A DNA stretch of 13,121 bases, from contig JAKPTO010000009.1 of NCBI GenBank assembly GCA_029555085.1, positions 1 to 13,121 on the forward strand, read 5' to 3'. This document shows positions 8,654 to 13,121 of this stretch, piece after piece. This DNA is from a bacterium (GTDB taxonomy: Bacteria; Patescibacteriota; Patescibacteriia; UBA1558; S5-K13). Under the pieces are notes generated by a model. It saw only the letters and a list, made by a program, of their open reading frames with translations, was not told the origin of the DNA and did no database searches. The translations under genes were made by a program, and so were the position numbers. Within the stretch, counting starts at the first letter, position 1. Every line of letters starts with the position of its first letter.

Positions 8654-8677
8654 AAAAAAAGGGGACTACTCCCCTTT
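8654..8677 (-). terminator. Intrinsic terminator
   Basis: Minus strand AAAGGGGA-GTAG-TCCCC-TTTTTTT, 25 nt downstream of the stop at 8703. Confidence 0.8.
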
Positions 8678-8702
8678 ATGACCTTGTGTGTTTATTTTTT
8701 TA

Positions 8703-9425
8703 TTAAAATTTAATTCCACAATGTGGACAAAAACGATGTGAAAATTTTTTTCTTTTAGCTCCACAATTAGTACAATAGACAGTTAAATCTTCTTTAACAA
8801 ATGGTTTTTGTGAAACCGGAAGTATTTTCCAATCTGTTCTCCAAGTCCACCATGTATCAAATAATGTATAATCATTTACTAAAGATTGAACAGATTGTGA
8901 GCCTTTTTCAATTCTTCCTGTCTCAGATGACGTAATACTATTTCCAAATTTATCATGTGATAAGCCACTAACAGGTGGGGTATTCGTTAAAGTGTAAGGG
9001 GCTGTTGCATTATAAGAAATATCGGTCTTTATATTAAAATCGGTAGAAAAATTAACATAATTATACCACGTATTAATATTACCAGGTGTAGTATAAAACG
9101 ATTCTTTATAAAATTTAATTGTTACACTCAAAACAGTGGGGTCATTCATATCCACATTATATGTTTCAAATTTGAATTTCTTTGGTTCATCAAGATACCT
9201 ATCAAGAAACACCCTTTCACCTGGACGTAGAACAATACCCGAACCTATTGATACATCATTAAGTAAAATCTCAGCACGAATCTTATTTTGTGTGGGATTA
9301 AAAAGTTCTATTTCGAACTCATCACCGTTTTTTAAATAAACGGTATCGTTGTATTGCTTTATGCGTTGTCTACCTTTGGTAATGAACGCACTGGGAGGAT
9401 ACGTTACATTGACATTTTTTTTCAT
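8703..9425 (-). CDS. Hypothetical protein with beta-rich N-terminal domain and C-terminal double zinc ribbon
   Basis: C-terminus CTNCG...FCPHCG. The ATG at 9425 (MKKNV...) after an A-rich tract is preferred over the track's TTG at 9473, which lies inside a hairpin. Confidence 0.8.
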   Translation of the reverse strand: MKKNVNVTYPPSAFITKGRQRIKQYNDTVYLKNGDEFEIELFNPTQNKIRAEILLNDVSIGSGIVLRPGERVFLDRYLDEPKKFKFETYNVDMNDPTVLSVTIKFYKESFYTTPGNINTWYNYVNFSTDFNIKTDISYNATAPYTLTNTPPVSGLSHDKFGNSITSSETGRIEKGSQSVQSLVNDYTLFDTWWTWRTDWKILPVSQKPFVKEDLTVYCTNCGAKRKKFSHRFCPHCGIKF

Positions 9426-9519
9426 TTCCTTATTTTTTTTATATGAACATCTATTTGTTGGTATCAATTCCAACTCAAATGTCGTTTTACCGGCACTAGA
9501 TCCTCAATCACAAGGTCAT
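9426..9519 (-). promoter_or_regulatory. Candidate structured 5' leader RNA
   Basis: GC-enriched intergenic stretch with hairpin ACATTT-GA-GTTGG...CCAAC-AAAT-AGATGT (9482-9447). Its first 11 nt are complementary to 8678-8688. Preceded by a TATATTTA box at 9523-9530. Confidence 0.5.
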
Positions 9520-9559
9520 TAATAAATATAAATAAAATAAAAAAGTAAGTAAATGTTAA

Positions 9560-10036
9560 TTAAAAATTTTGAACATTAATTTCAATATTTTTGACAATAA
9601 TATTTCCGTTATTATCGTTAGTTAAATTAATTTCAATGTCAGAATCAACACCAAAATATCCCAAATCATCGGTTTCGTTAGTTATGACTTGTGAGTTCCA
9701 ATCAATCGGTATTGTTATGTTTTCTTCAATAAAATCACCATCAGGATCATTTGCGGGATAATAACTTATTTCAAGTTCAATATGTGACGGGCCTTTAATG
9801 TTGGTCACATAAATGCCTTTTATGCCATATTTTCTCCATTCAATATCTACAATATAAGATAACTCAAAATTTATTTTAGAAATATCGGCAATTTCACCAC
9901 CTTTAAATGTTGTTCCAATATAACCAAAATCGCCAGTCGCATAAACAAGATTTGTTCTATCATTAATTGTTTGTTCTTTAATGATGTTATCCATTAATGT
10001 TTTAGTTTGACTTTCGGTTAGAATTACTTTTTTCAT
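9560..10036 (-). CDS. Hypothetical protein with MKKVILTESQ leader
   Basis: 158-aa ORF with ATGA overlap to the upstream gene. No domain recognised. Confidence 0.8.
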   Translation of the reverse strand: MKKVILTESQTKTLMDNIIKEQTINDRTNLVYATGDFGYIGTTFKGGEIADISKINFELSYIVDIEWRKYGIKGIYVTNIKGPSHIELEISYYPANDPDGDFIEENITIPIDWNSQVITNETDDLGYFGVDSDIEINLTNDNNGNIIVKNIEINVQNF

Positions 10037-11745
10037 TTTATTACTTTTTGAAATGAACGATATTCACCTGATTCTAAAAGATTATTTCCTTCTTCAGCAG
10101 TCAAATATTGCCCAACACCATAATCTGGTGAATTTTTATCAATATATGTTTTCATATTGGTAAGGAAATAGAAATAGTCACCATCCATTGCAGAATATCT
10201 TTTCAGGAAAAATCTATCAGTTCCTTTACGTAATGGGGTTGTTTTTGTTGACGCAAATTTCATTGGTTCCATCCATTCAATTGTATCAACATTCATAATA
10301 CCATAATAAACGCCAGAACGATCTGTATATAAAACATAATTGCTTTTTCTATCAATACCAATTGGATTATATGTTGAACCAATTATGCTAACTTTAATAG
10401 CCCACACACCACGTTTAATATTTAAAACTTGTTTTAATTGATACTCGTCTAAATATTTATATAACTGTGGGGTTTCATTGGCGATGATATTTAGAATACC
10501 AAATGGATCATTAATGTCTGAACATTTAAATTTATCTTTATAGTTGTCAAGATTAACGGTATCAATATACAATTTTCTTAAATTTTTAGTATTATCTTTA
10601 CTATATGGTAATGTTCTAAAAGACAACTTGTCATTAATAGCTCTTCCTGATTCGATATATTGTTTTTTTATATTAAATGATTGTGCACCAAAGAAATTAT
10701 CACTATACTGATTAAAATTAATATTGTCTATTTTTGCACTAGCTTTTTCTTTTGGCGTTAATGGGTAATATGTAAAAAATTCTTTTTTTCCGATTAATTG
10801 TGGGTGAATATTAACAATATCATCCCATGTTTGATTCGTGTTGGTACCATTTGGTCTAGGTGTTATCATGTAAGGACCATTATTACTTCCGGTTGAACTA
10901 TTCATATCACACACGTTAATAGTGGAAATATAATATCTGTGATCTTCTTGGTAATTTCTATTAAGAACGATATAATAAACACTATAACTTCTATATGTTG
11001 CGTATAAATTACGACCTTCATTTGATCCTGGATAATCATTATTGCCGATACACCAGTTTATACCACCATATTGTGCAACTAAAATACGTTGTAAACGACC
11101 TAATGCAATTGCTTCATCTTTTCCTGTTATTCTATAAACTGTAATTCCATTTTCATTAATAATACGATTATGTGGTGATTCCCATTTTTTTAACGCATTT
11201 GCTTTTCGTATTTCAGGTGTATCACCCTCTATTCTGAAATCCATAAATGGTGTGGACTGAATTGTACCATTAACATCCATAAAGAATTCCATTTCTTCCC
11301 ACCTATAGTTTTGTATGTCTCTGATTTTAGATATATCCATAAGGATTGGTTTTAAATGAGGAAATCTAACTACAAGAGACGTTATTTCGGGTAAATTTAT
11401 ATAATCAGGATGTTTTTCAGGGTCTTTATAAACACGTAATCCGTTTTTTCTGTTATTAAAAAACGTAATAGCGGCCTCTGCGTCACCATCGTCCAATGCT
11501 GGGTTTTCTTCTTTCCATTTTGCTATAATTTTTGCGTGTGGAGAAACTTTTTTCTGACGTGCTTTTTGATTTTGACGTTCAATATCATCAGGACGATCAT
11601 CGGAATCATCTTCTGGCGGTTCGGGTTCATCTTCTGGTGGTTCATTCACATTTACTGGCTGATTGGGTAAATCCGGTTCAAACTCCACATCTGGGTCGTT
11701 TTGTTGTTCTAATAATAATTCCCAAAATAATTTTTTAATTCTCAT
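10033..11745 (-). CDS. Large hypothetical protein with acidic/Pro-rich N-terminus and a central WCI motif
   Basis: 570-aa ORF. LLLEQ is followed by a D/E/P-rich tract. The G..WCI...Y..Y...YYI segment is weakly reminiscent of PcfJ-like domains. Confidence 0.8.
   Translation of the reverse strand: MRIKKLFWELLLEQQNDPDVEFEPDLPNQPVNVNEPPEDEPEPPEDDSDDRPDDIERQNQKARQKKVSPHAKIIAKWKEENPALDDGDAEAAITFFNNRKNGLRVYKDPEKHPDYINLPEITSLVVRFPHLKPILMDISKIRDIQNYRWEEMEFFMDVNGTIQSTPFMDFRIEGDTPEIRKANALKKWESPHNRIINENGITVYRITGKDEAIALGRLQRILVAQYGGINWCIGNNDYPGSNEGRNLYATYRSYSVYYIVLNRNYQEDHRYYISTINVCDMNSSTGSNNGPYMITPRPNGTNTNQTWDDIVNIHPQLIGKKEFFTYYPLTPKEKASAKIDNINFNQYSDNFFGAQSFNIKKQYIESGRAINDKLSFRTLPYSKDNTKNLRKLYIDTVNLDNYKDKFKCSDINDPFGILNIIANETPQLYKYLDEYQLKQVLNIKRGVWAIKVSIIGSTYNPIGIDRKSNYVLYTDRSGVYYGIMNVDTIEWMEPMKFASTKTTPLRKGTDRFFLKRYSAMDGDYFYFLTNMKTYIDKNSPDYGVGQYLTAEEGNNLLESGEYRSFQKVIK
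11606..11643. repeat. Intragenic 17-bp direct repeat, period 21
   Basis: tcatcttctgg(c/t)ggttc at 11606-11622 and 11627-11643, encoding EPPED twice. Confidence 0.6.
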
Positions 11746-11757
11746 AACAACTATATT

Positions 11758-12075
11758 TTAAATTCCCGTCCCGTATTTACGACGACATTTTTTCCATATT
11801 TTATTCTCTTCAGGTGTTAATGTGCCCTGAGTATTATATCCCCAAATTCCATCCGCCACAATATTAGCCCCTTTTTTCTTTTTTTCTTGCTGGAAAAGAA
11901 TCAAAGCTCTTGTTGTGTCCTTATCCATTTGACCGTTAATTTTTAAATTGGCTCGTAAAATTTGGTTTAAAAAACATTGAACAGTAGCAGCTAGAGAAGC
12001 ATCTTCTGTTTGTTCTTGGATGATTGAATCCACAACCATTTTCACTTGTTTCTCAGTTAAAATATATTTTTTCAT
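11758..12075 (-). CDS. Peptidoglycan-binding domain (PG_binding_1-like) protein
   Basis: VQCFLN...LKINGQMDKDTTRALILFQ...ADGIWGYNT matches the Q..L...dG.fg..T..A...FQ...DG..G..T pattern. No catalytic domain. Confidence 0.75.
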   Translation of the reverse strand: MKKYILTEKQVKMVVDSIIQEQTEDASLAATVQCFLNQILRANLKINGQMDKDTTRALILFQQEKKKKGANIVADGIWGYNTQGTLTPEENKIWKKCRRKYGTGI

Positions 12076-12087
12076 TTTTATTTTTTT

Positions 12088-12366
12088 TTATCTTAAATTA
12101 AAAACATATCTCCCTTTACCGACATCTTTAATATCTATACCAGTACTTTCTTTAAATGTTTTTATTATTGCTTCATCACCACCATGACGATATAAATCTT
12201 TAAGTATATCGAATAATGTTATTTCATCAAGGCCGGTCCTGCTAAGTATTTCAGCAAGTCCCTCTAAATTATAGACTTCCTGATTTTCTAGTAAAACATC
12301 GTTACATTCAATTATGTTGTTTACCAGTGTTTTTACCTGTGATTCCGTAAAAATATACTTTTTCAT
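12088..12366 (-). CDS. Hypothetical protein with MKKYIFTESQ leader
   Basis: 92-aa ORF, first gene of a four-gene minus-strand unit. Confidence 0.75.
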   Translation of the reverse strand: MKKYIFTESQVKTLVNNIIECNDVLLENQEVYNLEGLAEILSRTGLDEITLFDILKDLYRHGGDEAIIKTFKESTGIDIKDVGKGRYVFNLR

Positions 12367-12445
12367 ATAATGATAAATATTAAATAATTTGGATTTGTAA
12401 TAGTTACAATATGTTTAATTTTATTTATATTTATTCAAAAACGAA

Positions 12446-12682
12446 ATGTTACACACATTACGAGGATTTGAATTAATAACATATCAAGATAAGTTGTATT
12501 ATGTTTTTCGAAAAGTGAATAAAAATTCAATTAAAGATGGTCATATTAATGATGTTAAAGAATTTTGGCGTTGTGATATTGTTCTTAAAAAAAGAAATAA
12601 TGAAGATGATATGCTATTGTTTCTAGTTGAAATTCCAGATGCTATTATTATTGAAGATCAGGAGAAAACTGAGACTATTTAG
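12446..12682 (+). CDS. Hypothetical protein
   Basis: 78-aa ORF filling the gap between minus-strand genes, with a convergent 8-nt overlap with the next gene. Confidence 0.65.
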   Translation: MLHTLRGFELITYQDKLYYVFRKVNKNSIKDGHINDVKEFWRCDIVLKKRNNEDDMLLFLVEIPDAIIIEDQEKTETI

Positions 12683-13028
12683 TTTCTTTTTTTCTAATAG
12701 TTTTTTTCGGATTTTTTTCTTGGGTCGATAAATTATTTATTACATCAAAATTTTTTAAAACATCATTTAGTATTGCTGCAAATTCATAATTTTCGTTTTC
12801 TTCATTTTTTTTGCGAAATAATGTTATGACTTGATTTAATTCAGCATCACTTAATTTGGAAATTACTTTTGTTCGATTTTTTATTAAACTTAAAACTGTA
12901 AATAGAACAGCCAATTTTTTTTCGTTGGTTAATGTAAAATATTCGTTAATGTTTATTGCTGATAATATGTGATTTGTTGTGGATGTTAAAAATGACATAA
13001 AAGACGGATGGTTAACATTAATTTTCAT
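12675..13028 (-). CDS. Hypothetical protein with UVR (UvrB/C)-like coiled-coil motif
   Basis: EENENYEFAAILND resembles the E.YE.AA.lrD motif. Confidence 0.65.
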   Translation of the reverse strand: MKINVNHPSFMSFLTSTTNHILSAININEYFTLTNEKKLAVLFTVLSLIKNRTKVISKLSDAELNQVITLFRKKNEENENYEFAAILNDVLKNFDVINNLSTQEKNPKKTIRKKETK

Positions 13029-13070
13029 AACGAAACTTTTTTATAAATATTTTTATGAACATATTGGAGA

Positions 13071-13100
13071 CAAATATAATTAAAAAAAGGAGAAATCAAA
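13071..13100 (-). promoter_or_regulatory. Putative Bacteroidota-type promoter overlapping a terminator
   Basis: Minus strand TTTG-N18-TATATTTG, with a perfect TAnnTTTG -7 box and a slightly short spacer. Confidence 0.5.
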
Positions 13101-13113
13101 TGTTTTCCCCTCT
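13082..13113 (-). terminator. Intrinsic terminator of a gene beyond the window
   Basis: Minus strand AGAGGGGAAA-ACATTTGA-TTTCTCC-TTTTTTT. A plus-strand T-run at 13113-13121 suggests it may be bidirectional. Confidence 0.6.
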
Positions 13114-13121
13114 TTTTTTTT

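Noticed and set aside
8664-8673. GGGAGTAGTC shared between the terminator and the TnpB right end
   Set aside because: A 10-nt match fully explained by the terminator stem-loop, with no IS hairpin context.
1993-9492. Partial matches of the predicted TnpB guide in dam (GGTAAAACA near 1992-2000) and in the structured leader (GGTAAAAC near 9484-9491)
   Set aside because: Only 8-9 nt match, the first guide base mismatches and no candidate TAM is adjacent. Consistent with chance.
9480-9510. Resemblance of the leader to a preQ1-I riboswitch (GAGGATCTAG), a hammerhead core or the M13 primer (GTAAAACGAC)
   Set aside because: The complementary P1 strand and the catalytic core nucleotides are missing. 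The primer match is only 10 nt with no other vector sequence.
568-11738. Shadow ORFs in the track (568-867, 1795-2127, 2131-2352, 2954-3232, 4008-4277, 5701-5973, 5958-6218, 7247-7444, 9136-9339, 11532-11738)
   Set aside because: They overlap well-supported genes on the opposite strand or in another frame and show no recognisable motifs.
1-13121. Stop-codon recoding (TAG or TGA), as in some large gut phages
   Set aside because: Recognisable genes are full length in the standard code, coding density is high, and TAA, TAG and TGA all act as plausible stops.
1-13121. CRISPR array, tRNA or rRNA genes
   Set aside because: No regularly spaced repeats or cloverleaf-like sequences were seen, and intergenic gaps are short.

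Overview
AT-rich, densely coding window with mostly minus-strand genes, ATGA-type gene overlaps, A/T-rich translation starts without clear Shine-Dalgarno sites, and several TTTG-N18-21-TAnnTTT(G/A/T) promoter-like boxes. This fits a large (jumbo-type) phage of a Bacteroidota host. That assignment is an inference: no hallmark capsid or terminase gene is in the window. The left half holds a nucleoside-deoxyribosyltransferase-like gene, thioredoxin, a Zn-ribbon gene and a tightly packed unit (GT25, GT-A-like protein, FkbM methyltransferase, small Zn finger, RmlD-like reductase, Dam methylase). An apparently intact TnpB-only IS200/IS605 element with both end hairpins sits in the leader of that unit. 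The right half holds accessory genes. Several share an N-terminal MKKxx(L/F)TExQ...I/LxEQ leader fused to unrelated bodies, including OmpA-like and PG_binding_1-like peptidoglycan-binding domains. One Zn-ribbon gene has a predicted transcript with a structured ~95-nt leader and an 11-bp complementarity between its 5' and 3' ends.
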